Source: an uncultured bacterium
GTDB lineage: Bacteria; Actinomycetota; Acidimicrobiia; Spongiisociales; UBA5794
Assembly (NCBI GenBank): GCA_963801165.1
Contig: CAWDDT010000004.1
Coordinates: 320,001-384,000 of the forward strand
Reading direction: 5' to 3'
DNA length: 64,000 bases
Part shown: positions 1 to 9,389 of the stretch, in pieces
How the letters are laid out: each line of letters opens with the position of its first letter
Position numbering within the stretch: position 1 is the first letter of the stretch
The notes under the pieces: model-generated
The model's input: only the letters and a program-made list of their open reading frames with translations
What the model was told of the DNA's origin: nothing
The model's database searches: none
Position numbers and translations under genes: made by a program

Positions 1-8
1 GGCGAAAC

Positions 9-899
9 TCACGTCTCCCGGCGGGCCGCCAGGATCGGGCCGGCGATGGTGAGCGCCACGCCTACCAGGGCAAGCGCGGTCACCCGGTCGCCGAGGAAGA
101 CGACTCCGAGCACCAGCGAAACCGCCGGGATCAGATAGGTGATGAAAGAAGCGCGGGGGCCGCCGACCCGGCCGACCAGCGTCCCCATGATGGCGAACGC
201 CAGACCCGTGCCCACCACGCCGAGAACCGTGACGGCCGCCATCGACCCGGCGGCGAAGTGGCTGCGGGTGAGCCCGAACAACCCGAACGGCGCGGTCCAG
301 ATCGTCGCCAGCATGAGCATCTTGCCCATGACCGCCACCGAGCCGTATCGCTGTTGAAGGGGGCCGGCGATGTTGACCGCCAGGCCGTAGCAGAGGGTCG
401 CGGCCAGCACCATCAGCACGCCGACAAAGGCCGTTCCGCCTTCGGCAGCCGACCCGAGACTCACCAGCGTCACGCCTATGAAGCCGACGGCAAGCCCGAT
501 GCGCTGCGGTCCCCGCGGTACCCGGCCGAAAAAGACGGCCGCAAAGACCCCGGCGAAGATCGGCGTGGCGCCATTTAGCAGACCGGCAACGGCCGAGTTG
601 ATGTGTTGCTCGGCGAGGGGGAACAGCGTGAATGGGATCCCCACCCAGATAACCGACAGCGCCAGCAGCCGGGGCCAATCCTCCCGGTCGATGCGGGTCC
701 GGACCTGTGGGAGCGCCGCCAGCGCGGTGGCGCCAAGCCCCACCCGTGCCCAGGTGATCAGGCCGGGGTGGAATGCTCTGAGCCCGACCGCGATGAACAG
801 GAATGAAGCGCCCCAGATCATCGAGAGCGAAGTGAACAGCGCCCAATCGCGAGCCTCGAATGCGGCCCGGTCGGACGGAGTGATGGCGATGTCGGTCAT
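9..899 (-). CDS. EamA/DMT family transporter
   Basis: About 10 hydrophobic segments, with IWGASFLF and SFITYLIP..SLVLG motifs typical of EamA. Start trimmed to MTDIAI. Confidence 0.9.
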   Translation of the reverse strand: MTDIAITPSDRAAFEARDWALFTSLSMIWGASFLFIAVGLRAFHPGLITWARVGLGATALAALPQVRTRIDREDWPRLLALSVIWVGIPFTLFPLAEQHINSAVAGLLNGATPIFAGVFAAVFFGRVPRGPQRIGLAVGFIGVTLVSLGSAAEGGTAFVGVLMVLAATLCYGLAVNIAGPLQQRYGSVAVMGKMLMLATIWTAPFGLFGLTRSHFAAGSMAAVTVLGVVGTGLAFAIMGTLVGRVGGPRASFITYLIPAVSLVLGVVFLGDRVTALALVGVALTIAGPILAARRET

Positions 900-1086
900 G
901 CTGGATATAACCCCGGACGGCCCGGATCCGTTGCACCGGGACTCGGCGACGATACATCCTGGATATCGAGGACAATGGCGGTCAGCAGCAGCACTCGCCG
1001 TAGATGCAATTGTTGCGTTCAACGAGGTCGGCGAACTGGTCCCAGGTGGAGGCGTCGAGCGGGGCGGTTGTGCATCCGGTCGGGGC

Positions 1087-1770
1087 TCAGACCTTCCGGG
1101 AGGCTTCGTCGATGATTCGGGCAAGCTCGGACGGTCGCGTGACCATCGGCCAGTGGCCCGTGTCGATGTCGACATAGGAGATGTCCTTGGCCCGGCTGAG
1201 CTCGGGGACATCCCCTCCGTCGATCCAGGCCCTGGCCTGGTCGGGGTTGTACTCGGGGCACACCAGCAGCAGTGGCATGTCGAACCTTCGCTCGTCGGTC
1301 AAGGTCACGACACCCTTCGAGACACCCTCAGGCACGGCAACGGCGATAGATTCAAACTGGTCTCGGGCGGCGTGGTCGAGGTCCGCGGCATCGGGACCCT
1401 CGAATGGATCCCACCCCGGGAACGGCATGACGCCGTCCGTCACCGCGAAGAAATCGGCATAAGCCTCGCCGTCAGAGCTCGGGAAGCCACCGATGAGGAC
1501 GACACTGTCGATCGTGTCGGGTCTACGGTCGGCGGCCATCCAGGCGAGTGTGCAGGCAGCCGAGTGACCGACAACCATCGGTTGGTCGGCTGCGTCTACG
1601 GCTTCGAGCACGGCTGCGATCTGATCGGTGAGCGTTGCAGTTGTCGACCCGTCATCCACCCCGGGCAGAGCGACCGGCATCGGCTGGTGCCCGCGCCGCT
1701 CGAGTTCAGCGCGTAATTCGTCCCAGATTGACCGGGGGAGCCAGAGACCGGCTATGAGAATGATGTCCAT
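1087..1770 (-). CDS. Alpha/beta fold hydrolase
   Basis: N-terminal ILIAGLW, VVGHSA nucleophile elbow, C-terminal DTGHWPM catalytic His. Confidence 0.88.
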   Translation of the reverse strand: MDIILIAGLWLPRSIWDELRAELERRGHQPMPVALPGVDDGSTTATLTDQIAAVLEAVDAADQPMVVGHSAACTLAWMAADRRPDTIDSVVLIGGFPSSDGEAYADFFAVTDGVMPFPGWDPFEGPDAADLDHAARDQFESIAVAVPEGVSKGVVTLTDERRFDMPLLLVCPEYNPDQARAWIDGGDVPELSRAKDISYVDIDTGHWPMVTRPSELARIIDEASRKV

Positions 1771-2078
1771 GGCCGGCGACTCTACAGTCAGTTCCGGACG
1801 TTCCACTTCCTCAATCAGGATTCACTGACGACATTCGACGCCTCCAGTCCCACCGCACGGGCAATCCGCGCCCTTTGCCGGGGAATGACTGGCGGCGATT
1901 CCACACCCGTTCCACGTGGTTGGTGGCCCGGAGCTGCTTGCTGCCCGTGGCTGAGGTCGGTCGACGCATGAGCTTCGCGGCCAATCAGGGCGCCGTTGGC
2001 GACAGCCAATGGCAGGCTGGATGCGTAACTGGTAACCCCACGCCCCGGTAGATTGGAGTACTCCATAGGAGGCCAACT

Positions 2079-3218
2079 ATCACCGAAACAGCAACGATCG
2101 AGCGCGAGTTCACCGATGGGGCGACCGCGATCGTCCGCGGCGCGCTCGATGCCGGATGCAACTTCTTCGCCGGCTATCCGATTACCCCGGCATCCCCGAT
2201 TCTGATGATGATGCTGCGCGACCTACCCGCCCGCGGTGGCATCGGCATGCAGGGCGAGGACGAGATCGCCTCCATCGGCATGTGCATCGGCGCCGCCATG
2301 ACGGGCGCCCGCGTCATGACCGCCAGTGCCGGGCCGGGCATCAGCCTGTACAGCGAGAACATCGGGATGGCGATCATGGGCGAGGTTCCGCTCGTGATTG
2401 TTGACGTGCAGCGACTCGGTCCGTCGACCGGCGCCGCCACCACGACGGCCCAGGGGGACGTGCAGTTCGTCAGGTGGGGGACCGCAGGCGGGTTTCCTGT
2501 CATCGCCATCTGCCCCTCGTCAGTCGCCGAGTGTTACACGCTCACGATGAAGGCGTTCGATTTCGCCGAACGGTTCCGTTGCCCCGTCTTCCTGATGGCC
2601 GACAAGGAGCTGGCGCTGACGATGCGCTCGGTCGATCCGGCCGACTATGTACGCGTCGACGTCCGGGACCGGGACATCGTCGATCCGGCTGACAAGAACC
2701 CGCCTCCCGAGTACCGGTTCGATCCACCCGACGAGGTGGTGCCGATGCAGCTGTACGGTGGCTCGCATCCGGTGCGCTTCACGGGAAGCACCCACACCGA
2801 GGAAGCCTTCATCACCAAGAAGCCGTCGATCGTCGGTGCGCTCAACGACCACCTGGTAAGCAAGATAAGTGATCATGTCGACGAGATCGCCATGGTCGAG
2901 GCCGACATCGATGACGAAGCCGAGACGCTGTTGATCAGCTACGGCGTGACCGCGGGGAGCATGCGTGAGGCGGTCGCCGCCGCCCGTGGCGAAGGCACCA
3001 AAGTCTCGTCGCTCACGATCAAGACGCTGTGGCCCGTCCCGGAAGCGAACATCATGACGGCGGCTCTCGGCGTCAGCCGGGTCGTTGTCGCCGAGCTCAA
3101 CCCCGGCTTGTACATGAGGGAGATCGAGCGGGTGCTGCCCCACGTCGAGATCCTGTCCATCGCCCGCACCGACGGGGTCCTGATCAGCCCCGATCAGCTT
3201 CACGAGGTGATCATATGA
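2079..3218 (+). CDS. 2-oxoacid:ferredoxin oxidoreductase alpha subunit (probable ATC start)
   Basis: AGCNFFAGYPITP, EDEIAS, TASAGPG and QRLGPSTG motifs. The conserved N-terminus lies upstream of the first ATG (2205). AGGAGG sits 6 nt before the in-frame ATC at 2079. Confidence 0.9.
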   Translation: MTETATIEREFTDGATAIVRGALDAGCNFFAGYPITPASPILMMMLRDLPARGGIGMQGEDEIASIGMCIGAAMTGARVMTASAGPGISLYSENIGMAIMGEVPLVIVDVQRLGPSTGAATTTAQGDVQFVRWGTAGGFPVIAICPSSVAECYTLTMKAFDFAERFRCPVFLMADKELALTMRSVDPADYVRVDVRDRDIVDPADKNPPPEYRFDPPDEVVPMQLYGGSHPVRFTGSTHTEEAFITKKPSIVGALNDHLVSKISDHVDEIAMVEADIDDEAETLLISYGVTAGSMREAVAAARGEGTKVSSLTIKTLWPVPEANIMTAALGVSRVVVAELNPGLYMREIERVLPHVEILSIARTDGVLISPDQLHEVII

Positions 3219-4534
3219 GTCTGGAACTGCTGCCCCAGCCGACGCTGCGCACCGAAGCCGACTACCCGTTTTGCCCCGGCTGTGGGCACGGGCCGGTGCT
3301 CGATGCGCTCAACGAGGCGCTCGTCAAGCTCGAGCTGGCACCCCACGAGGTCGTCATCGTCTCCGACATCGGATGCTCGGGACTGTCCGACCAGTACTTC
3401 ACGACGAGCGCCTTCCACGGCCTACACGGTCGCTCGATCACATACGCCACCGGCATCAAGCTGATGCGACCGGACCTGACGGTTGTCGTCATCATGGGTG
3501 ACGGTGGCACCGGGATCGGCGGCGCCCACCTCCTGTCAGCCGCCCGCCGCAACATCGGGATCACCGTGCTCGTCCTCAACAACTTCAACTTCGGCATGAC
3601 CGGGGGCCAGCATTCCACGACGACCCCGGAAGGCTCGTTGACCCCGACGACGCCTGCGGGCAACCTGGAGCACCCGCTCGACATCTGCGCAACCGTCGGT
3701 GTCAACGGTGCGGCCTTCTCCTACCGCGGGACCAGCTTCGACGACGACCTCTCCGACCGCATCGCTGAAGGCATTACGACCGACGGTTTCTCGATTCTCG
3801 ATGTATGGGATCTGTGTACCGCCTATTTCGTCCGCAACAACAAGTTCTCCCGCCGCCAGATCGACACCACGATGGAGACTCTCGGTCTCGAGTCCGGGGT
3901 GTTGTACCGCAATGACAAATCGGAGTTCGCCATCGCCTATCGCAAGCTGGCCGAAGGCCAACACGAAGGTCTGCGCGTCACGAAGGTGGCGGCATCCGCT
4001 CCCGTCTTGCTCGACACCAGAAGGCACTTCGTGGTTGCGGGATCCGCCGGAGGACGGGTCCGGTCCGCCGCCAGGCTCGTGTCGCTGGCCGCCATGCGGT
4101 CGGGGTGGTGGAGCGCCCAGCGTGACGACTACCCGATAACGGTCAAGAGCGGGCACAGTGTCTCGGAAGTGATCATGTCCCCGGAAGAGATCCACTACAG
4201 CGGCGTCGAGAAGCCGGACGTGCTGGTCGTCGTCAGCGACGACGGGCTCGGCAAATCGGGGCCCTACCTCGAACACATGGATGCGAGCGGCACCGTGTTC
4301 GTCGCCGCCGGTCTCGACCTTCCCCCGACCGGTGCCAGGGTGGTTACCGTCGACCCGGCGTCTGCCGACACCAGGATCCCGAGCGCGTCGCTGGCTCTGG
4401 CGATGGTCGCCAACGCCATCCACCACACCGGGCTGGTCCCGTTCGACTCGTTCGAGGCGACCGCGGGTAGCGGCAGCTTCGGTGAGAAGAACCTGGAGTT
4501 GGTGACCGTCGGGAAGACGCTGGTGACCAGTTGA
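3215..4534 (+). CDS. 2-oxoacid:ferredoxin oxidoreductase beta subunit fused to gamma domain
   Basis: FCPGCG, SDIGCS, LHGR and GDG..NN TPP-binding motif. The C-terminal half has a gamma-like AGSAGG / SGHSVSEVI..EEI pattern. ATGA overlap with the alpha gene. Confidence 0.88.
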   Translation: MSLELLPQPTLRTEADYPFCPGCGHGPVLDALNEALVKLELAPHEVVIVSDIGCSGLSDQYFTTSAFHGLHGRSITYATGIKLMRPDLTVVVIMGDGGTGIGGAHLLSAARRNIGITVLVLNNFNFGMTGGQHSTTTPEGSLTPTTPAGNLEHPLDICATVGVNGAAFSYRGTSFDDDLSDRIAEGITTDGFSILDVWDLCTAYFVRNNKFSRRQIDTTMETLGLESGVLYRNDKSEFAIAYRKLAEGQHEGLRVTKVAASAPVLLDTRRHFVVAGSAGGRVRSAARLVSLAAMRSGWWSAQRDDYPITVKSGHSVSEVIMSPEEIHYSGVEKPDVLVVVSDDGLGKSGPYLEHMDASGTVFVAAGLDLPPTGARVVTVDPASADTRIPSASLALAMVANAIHHTGLVPFDSFEATAGSGSFGEKNLELVTVGKTLVTS

Positions 4535-5127
4535 TGGGACGTTGGGCGGTTGTCCTGGCGATTGCTCTCGTTGCGGCAGGGTGCAGCGGGGGTGGTTCGT
4601 CGACTACGACAGAAGTACAGACGACGGCTTCGACGGCACCCGACGATCCCACCGCCCCGACGAGCGAGTCACTCGCGGCAAACGAGGGCTTTCTCACACT
4701 GCCGACGGGTTTCGCTGATTGCGGCGCAACGATACTGACGAGCGGTTGGCCCACGACGACCGTGTTCAACGATGAGATCACACTCTCGTGTCTCAATGAT
4801 GCCATCGCCTCACAGACCGCGTCGCAGTACGTCTATTGGGGCCGTGATCAAACCGGGGGAATCAGCGGGCTCATCATCCGGGTCAACACGTTGGGAGTGC
4901 TCACCGTCATCGACTACACAGTCGACGCCGCCGGCAACGTCGAGAGCAGTGACCAGACCTGTGCCGAGTTGCAAAGCGGAATGGGCCAGCCGCCGGTGTG
5001 CGCCACACCGGCCGACTCCGCGGGCGGCAGCGTCGAGACCACGGTCCCGGGCCGGTCCCAGAGTGATCATTCGCGCGACCGCGGCGGTCAGAGCCCACCC
5101 TCTACAGGGGACCGCCAGGCGCCCTAG
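4534..5127 (+). CDS. Hypothetical lipoprotein
   Basis: Lipobox VAAGC, Thr-rich linker, four further Cys. Confidence 0.65.
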   Translation: MGRWAVVLAIALVAAGCSGGGSSTTTEVQTTASTAPDDPTAPTSESLAANEGFLTLPTGFADCGATILTSGWPTTTVFNDEITLSCLNDAIASQTASQYVYWGRDQTGGISGLIIRVNTLGVLTVIDYTVDAAGNVESSDQTCAELQSGMGQPPVCATPADSAGGSVETTVPGRSQSDHSRDRGGQSPPSTGDRQAP

Positions 5128-6344
5128 GAGCCGGCAGTGGTCTGGAGCAGGCCGTCCTCGAGATCGCGATAGACGTCCTCTGCTTCCGGAGCCAGATACA
5201 CGACGCTCGCCGAGCCTGCGGTGCCGATAGAGCCCGGGAGCACCACGTTGGTGAGCTGGTCGGAGCCGAAGAAGTAGATCGATGCGGCCAGAGTCAGCAG
5301 ATCCTCGGTCGACAAATCGGTCCACACGTTGTCGAGCAGGATGCTGATCCACTGCGGCAGCATGTCGATCCCGGCCGTTTGGATCATGTCCATGCCCGCC
5401 AGCATGATCCGACCCTGGTTGACGGAGCGGTCGAAGTCGCCGCGGGCGAGACCCTTGCGGATCCTGGCGAGCTGGAGAGTCCGGGTGGGGTTGAGCGTTT
5501 GCTCGCCGGCGGGGAAGTTGGACCAGTTGTTGCCGCTGCGCATCGTCGACGGGAGATCGATGTGGAGCCCGCCGAGGGCCGTGATCAGACCGTCGAAACC
5601 GAGAAACCCGGTGACGAAGTAACCCTCGATCGGTAGGTCGGTGATGTTCTTGACGATATCCATCTCGACCTCGGGACCGGCTCCCGCCATGTGGTTGGTG
5701 AGCTTGTTCATCCCTTTCGGGCCCTCTACCCAGCTGTCTCTCGGGAACCCGACAATGGCGCCGGCGCCCTGGCTGGGCACCACGGTGAGGATATGGACAC
5801 TGTCGGCCCGGTACCGCTGCTGGTTCTCCCCGGGACGGGCATCCGAGCCGAGCACCAGGACCATGCGCGGCTCTGGTCCGAACCAGGGAGTGGTCCCGTC
5901 CATGGCCGCGCCCACGATGCGCCAGCCTGAGCCGTCGTCAACTAGCGCCAGCACATCGTTGTCGACATGGGCGATGGCGACGCTGTCGCCGGTGCTCAAC
6001 TCGGCCGACGACACGCCGCCCTCGGCGCCGGGGTCGGTGCGGTGGAGCCCGGCGAGATGGGTCAACAGGTCCGCCGGAACGTTGGGTTCGGGGTTGCGGG
6101 CATCTGCAAGCCATGAGTAGAACTCGTCGAGCGGTGCCGCGAAACCGTCCGGCATGGTGAAACCGAGCGATACCTGCTGGGGCCCTGCCTCCGTGGTGGT
6201 CGTCGAAGCAGTTGTCGTGGGGGCGGCGGTGGTTGTTGCCATCGCCGTGGTCGATGTTGTGTCCTGCGCGTCTCCGTTGCCGCTACATGCAGCGGCGAGG
6301 AGGGCGAACACAACGAGAAATCGGGTGATGAGTGAGAATCGCAC
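5124..6344 (-). CDS. LCP (LytR-CpsA-Psr) family protein, lipoprotein
   Basis: LVLGSDAR, RADS, FPRDS, LARIR and GDFDR..NQ motifs; lipobox LAAAC. Confidence 0.88.
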   Translation of the reverse strand: MRFSLITRFLVVFALLAAACSGNGDAQDTTSTTAMATTTAAPTTTASTTTTEAGPQQVSLGFTMPDGFAAPLDEFYSWLADARNPEPNVPADLLTHLAGLHRTDPGAEGGVSSAELSTGDSVAIAHVDNDVLALVDDGSGWRIVGAAMDGTTPWFGPEPRMVLVLGSDARPGENQQRYRADSVHILTVVPSQGAGAIVGFPRDSWVEGPKGMNKLTNHMAGAGPEVEMDIVKNITDLPIEGYFVTGFLGFDGLITALGGLHIDLPSTMRSGNNWSNFPAGEQTLNPTRTLQLARIRKGLARGDFDRSVNQGRIMLAGMDMIQTAGIDMLPQWISILLDNVWTDLSTEDLLTLAASIYFFGSDQLTNVVLPGSIGTAGSASVVYLAPEAEDVYRDLEDGLLQTTAGS

Positions 6345-6436
6345 GGGGGGCGATCTTAGTGGGATGCGGTGACCTACGAGCGAGCGGCCCGGTCGTGACG
6401 ATTACTCTGACCGGCCGCAGGGAGTAAGGAGCTGGA

Positions 6437-7093
6437 GTGCGGATAGTCATTGCCGGATGCGGGCGGGTGGGGAGCGATCTCGCCTTGAGCCTGTCCGACT
6501 CGGGTCATGATGTCTCGGTGGTCGACAACGAGGCGGGATCTTTCCGCCGTCTCGGGAGCGCATTCAACGGTACGACGCACGAGGGCCAGGCTTATGACAT
6601 CAGGGTGATGCGTGAAGCCGGGATTGAATTCGCCGACGCCTTCGCTGCCGTGACGAGCTTCGACAACGTGAACCTCATGGCGGTCCAGGTCGCCAACCAG
6701 GTCTTCGGTGTCCCCAAGACGGTCGCCAGGCTCGACGACCCCCGCCGTACCGACGCCTACCGTGCTTTGAACATCAGACACGTCACCGCAGGCAAGCTCA
6801 TCTCGCGGGCGGTGCGCGAGCAGATCCTCGAAGGCGAGTACCAGAGCCACCTGTCCTTTCTCGGCGAGAACGTCGAGCTGATCGAGATGCTGATGTCGGC
6901 CGATGCCGAAGGGATCACAGTCCACGACCTCGAGATCAGGGGGAGGCTCCGTGTCGCCGCCGTTCGGCGCGGTCTCGAAGTCATTGTGGCAACACGGCGC
7001 CTCGTTCTCGAGGAGGACGACATTGTCATCGCCGCGGCAGAGGAGGGCGTACGTCGCAAGATCAGCCGCTACTGCAAGGGAGCCGAGCTGTGA
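6437..7093 (+). CDS. trkA: TrkA family K+ uptake regulatory (RCK) subunit
   Basis: IAGCGRVG Rossmann motif, TrkA_N plus TrkA_C layout. Confidence 0.9.
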   Translation: MRIVIAGCGRVGSDLALSLSDSGHDVSVVDNEAGSFRRLGSAFNGTTHEGQAYDIRVMREAGIEFADAFAAVTSFDNVNLMAVQVANQVFGVPKTVARLDDPRRTDAYRALNIRHVTAGKLISRAVREQILEGEYQSHLSFLGENVELIEMLMSADAEGITVHDLEIRGRLRVAAVRRGLEVIVATRRLVLEEDDIVIAAAEEGVRRKISRYCKGAEL

Positions 7094-7749
7094 GGATCCT
7101 GGTCATCGGCGGTGGCAAGGTCGGGTCGAGCCTCAGCCTCATGCTCGAGAACGAAGGCCATGTTGTCTCGCTCATCGAAGTCAATGCCGAGCGGGCCGAG
7201 AACCTGATCGAGAACGCCGACTTCATGGTCTTCCACGGTGACGGATCCGACGTTGAGTTGCTGAGGGCTGCCGACATCGAGCGCATCGACTGGGCGGTCG
7301 CTGTGACGGGGCATGACGAGGACAACCTCGTTGCCTGCGAGCTCGCGCGAACCCTCGGCGCCAAGAACGTCCTGGCCCGTCTCAACAACCCGCTCAACCG
7401 CCCAACTTTCGAGGCGCTGGGCGTTCCAGTTGTCGGGGTGACGGAGCTCATGGCCCAGGTGATCTCGCGCGAGGTGGATTTGGTAGATCTGAGCCGGCTC
7501 GCCGTCATCGAGGGCGGCGATGTCAGCCTCGTCGAGCGCGAGCTGCCGGATGACTATCCGTCGACCCGGATCACGGACCTGGAGTTGCCGCGCCCTTCCC
7601 TGTTGATCACGCTGATCCGCGACGGACGGGCCTCGGTTCCCGGTCCCAGCACGATTCTCAAGGCCGGCGACAAAGTGCTGGCGGTGGTGCCGATCGAGCA
7701 CGAGAAGTCGTTCGCCGCCGCGTTCGAGACGTACGAGGCGAAGAAGTGA
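7090..7749 (+). CDS. trkA: TrkA family K+ uptake regulatory (RCK) subunit, second copy
   Basis: IGGGKVG, GDGSD and VTGHDEDNL motifs; GTGA overlap with the first copy. Confidence 0.9.
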   Translation: MRILVIGGGKVGSSLSLMLENEGHVVSLIEVNAERAENLIENADFMVFHGDGSDVELLRAADIERIDWAVAVTGHDEDNLVACELARTLGAKNVLARLNNPLNRPTFEALGVPVVGVTELMAQVISREVDLVDLSRLAVIEGGDVSLVERELPDDYPSTRITDLELPRPSLLITLIRDGRASVPGPSTILKAGDKVLAVVPIEHEKSFAAAFETYEAKK

Positions 7750-7892
7750 ACGGCGGGTCCGGGCGCCGCGGCCAGAACTGGAACGACGACATTCGCGGTG
7801 GCCTCAGCGCTTTCCTGCTCGAGGCCGTGATCGTTGTAGTCCTCGTCGCCTTTGCGGTGGTGGTGGCGTTTCTCGCTCTGTCGGTGGTGTGA
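7746..7892 (+). CDS. Small single-TM membrane protein (48 aa), absent from the ORF track
   Basis: GTG overlaps the trkA stop (GTGA) and its TGA abuts the trkH ATG. Sequence MNGGSGRRGQNWNDDIRGGLSAFLLEAVIVVVLVAFAVVVAFLALSVV. Confidence 0.7.
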   Translation: MNGGSGRRGQNWNDDIRGGLSAFLLEAVIVVVLVAFAVVVAFLALSVV

Positions 7893-9389
7893 ATGCTCGT
7901 ACGACCAACGGCCGAGGACTTCCGCGTGGTGGGATCCAACCTCGGTCGGCTCTCCATTCTCGTCGGGGCCGCCGGAGCGATTCCGTTGCTGTGGGCGGTG
8001 ATCGGCAGGGAGTGGGCCCCCGCCTCGTCGTTCTGCCTCATGATCGGGGTGTTCCTGGTCCTCGGGTCGCTGGCACGCAGGATCCGGGTACAGAGGCATC
8101 GTCTCGACTGGTCTCATGGCATGGTGGTCGTAGCGCTCGCCTGGCTGCTGGTACCCATCCTGGGGGCGATCCCGCTGGCTCTGAGCGGGCACTATGCCAG
8201 CTACCTGGATGCTCTGTTCGATGCCATGTCGGGTCTGACCACGACCGGTCTCACGCTCGTTCAGGACCTCGACCACCTCGCCCCTTCGCTCAACTTCTGG
8301 CGGCACCTGCTGCACTTCCTCGGTGGGCAGGGCATCATCATCGCCGCCTTGTCGATCTTTGCCGGTGGTGGTGCGGTCACGCTGTATCTGGGTGAGGCTC
8401 GCGACGAACGAATTCTCCCGTCGGTGCGCTCGACCGCCCGATTCATCTGGGCGGCGGCACTGGTGCACCTGGTGGCAGGCGTGGCGGTGCTCACGCTGGT
8501 TGCCTGGCTCGTCCTCGGTTTTGGGTTCTATCGGTCGCTCTTCCACGGGCTGATGGTCTTCTTCGCCGCCTTCGACACCGGCGGATTCTCGGCGCAGTCG
8601 ACGAACCTCGGGTACTACCACTCGATGATCTTCGAGTTCGGCGCTTCGATCCTGATGGTGGCGGGCGCCATGTCGTTTGGTCTCCACTACACGCTGTGGA
8701 AGAAGCGGTACTCGACCGCCATGCTGAACCTGGAGACCCGGACCATCCTGATCACCTTCGGGGGGACTTTGGCCGCCACCATCCTGGGTCTTGCCGCCAC
8801 CGGTCAGTTCACCCACAGCCTTGGCCTGGCCCGCTATTCGTTTTTCCAGGTCCTATCCGCCCACACCGGTACCGGGTTCGGGACCGTGTCGGTGCCTGAG
8901 CTCGCCGGGTGGTCCGGTCTCGCGTTCGGGGGCATGACGATCGCGATGGCGCTTGGTGGGATGGGGTCGTCGACTGCCGGTGGCGTCAAGTCGCTGCGCA
9001 TCGGTATCACCGTGCGCACCATCATCGCCCAGATCAAACAGGTGCTCGTACCCGAGGGCGCGCTGGTCGGCCGCTCGTATTTCCAGAACGCCAAGACGAG
9101 GCTGACCCCGGAGCTGTCCCAGGCCGCGATGTCGGTTTCGCTTCTGTACGTCGCCATGTATTTGCTGGGCGCCGCCGTTGCCCTCGCCTACGGCTATGGA
9201 TTGCGTGAAGCGTTGTTCGAGGCGATCTCGGCCGGAGCCAACGTGGGCTTGTCGGTTGGCGTTACCGACCCGGCCATGCCTGCACTCCTCAAGATCACGT
9301 ATATCGCACAGATGTGGTTGGGCAGGCTCGAGTTTGTGGCATGTTTCGCCCTGTTCGGGTTCATCTGGTCGACGTGGAGGGGAAAATGA
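7893..9389 (+). CDS. trkH: TrkH family K+ channel subunit
   Basis: Four pore loops (SGLTTTG, FDTGGF, HTGTGF, ANVG), GSSTAGGVK and MWLGRLE motifs. Confidence 0.93.
   Translation: MLVRPTAEDFRVVGSNLGRLSILVGAAGAIPLLWAVIGREWAPASSFCLMIGVFLVLGSLARRIRVQRHRLDWSHGMVVVALAWLLVPILGAIPLALSGHYASYLDALFDAMSGLTTTGLTLVQDLDHLAPSLNFWRHLLHFLGGQGIIIAALSIFAGGGAVTLYLGEARDERILPSVRSTARFIWAAALVHLVAGVAVLTLVAWLVLGFGFYRSLFHGLMVFFAAFDTGGFSAQSTNLGYYHSMIFEFGASILMVAGAMSFGLHYTLWKKRYSTAMLNLETRTILITFGGTLAATILGLAATGQFTHSLGLARYSFFQVLSAHTGTGFGTVSVPELAGWSGLAFGGMTIAMALGGMGSSTAGGVKSLRIGITVRTIIAQIKQVLVPEGALVGRSYFQNAKTRLTPELSQAAMSVSLLYVAMYLLGAAVALAYGYGLREALFEAISAGANVGLSVGVTDPAMPALLKITYIAQMWLGRLEFVACFALFGFIWSTWRGK

Noticed and set aside
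1771-2048. Possible riboswitch or sRNA in the long divergent intergenic region
   Set aside because: I could not recognise TPP, cobalamin, SAM, FMN or glycine consensus elements; an Rfam scan would be needed.
1968-2051. In-frame ATG..TAG upstream of the oxidoreductase, suggesting amber readthrough or pyrrolysine
   Set aside because: The 27 codons show no family similarity and no pyl genes are visible; the strong SD before ATC 2079 is the simpler explanation.
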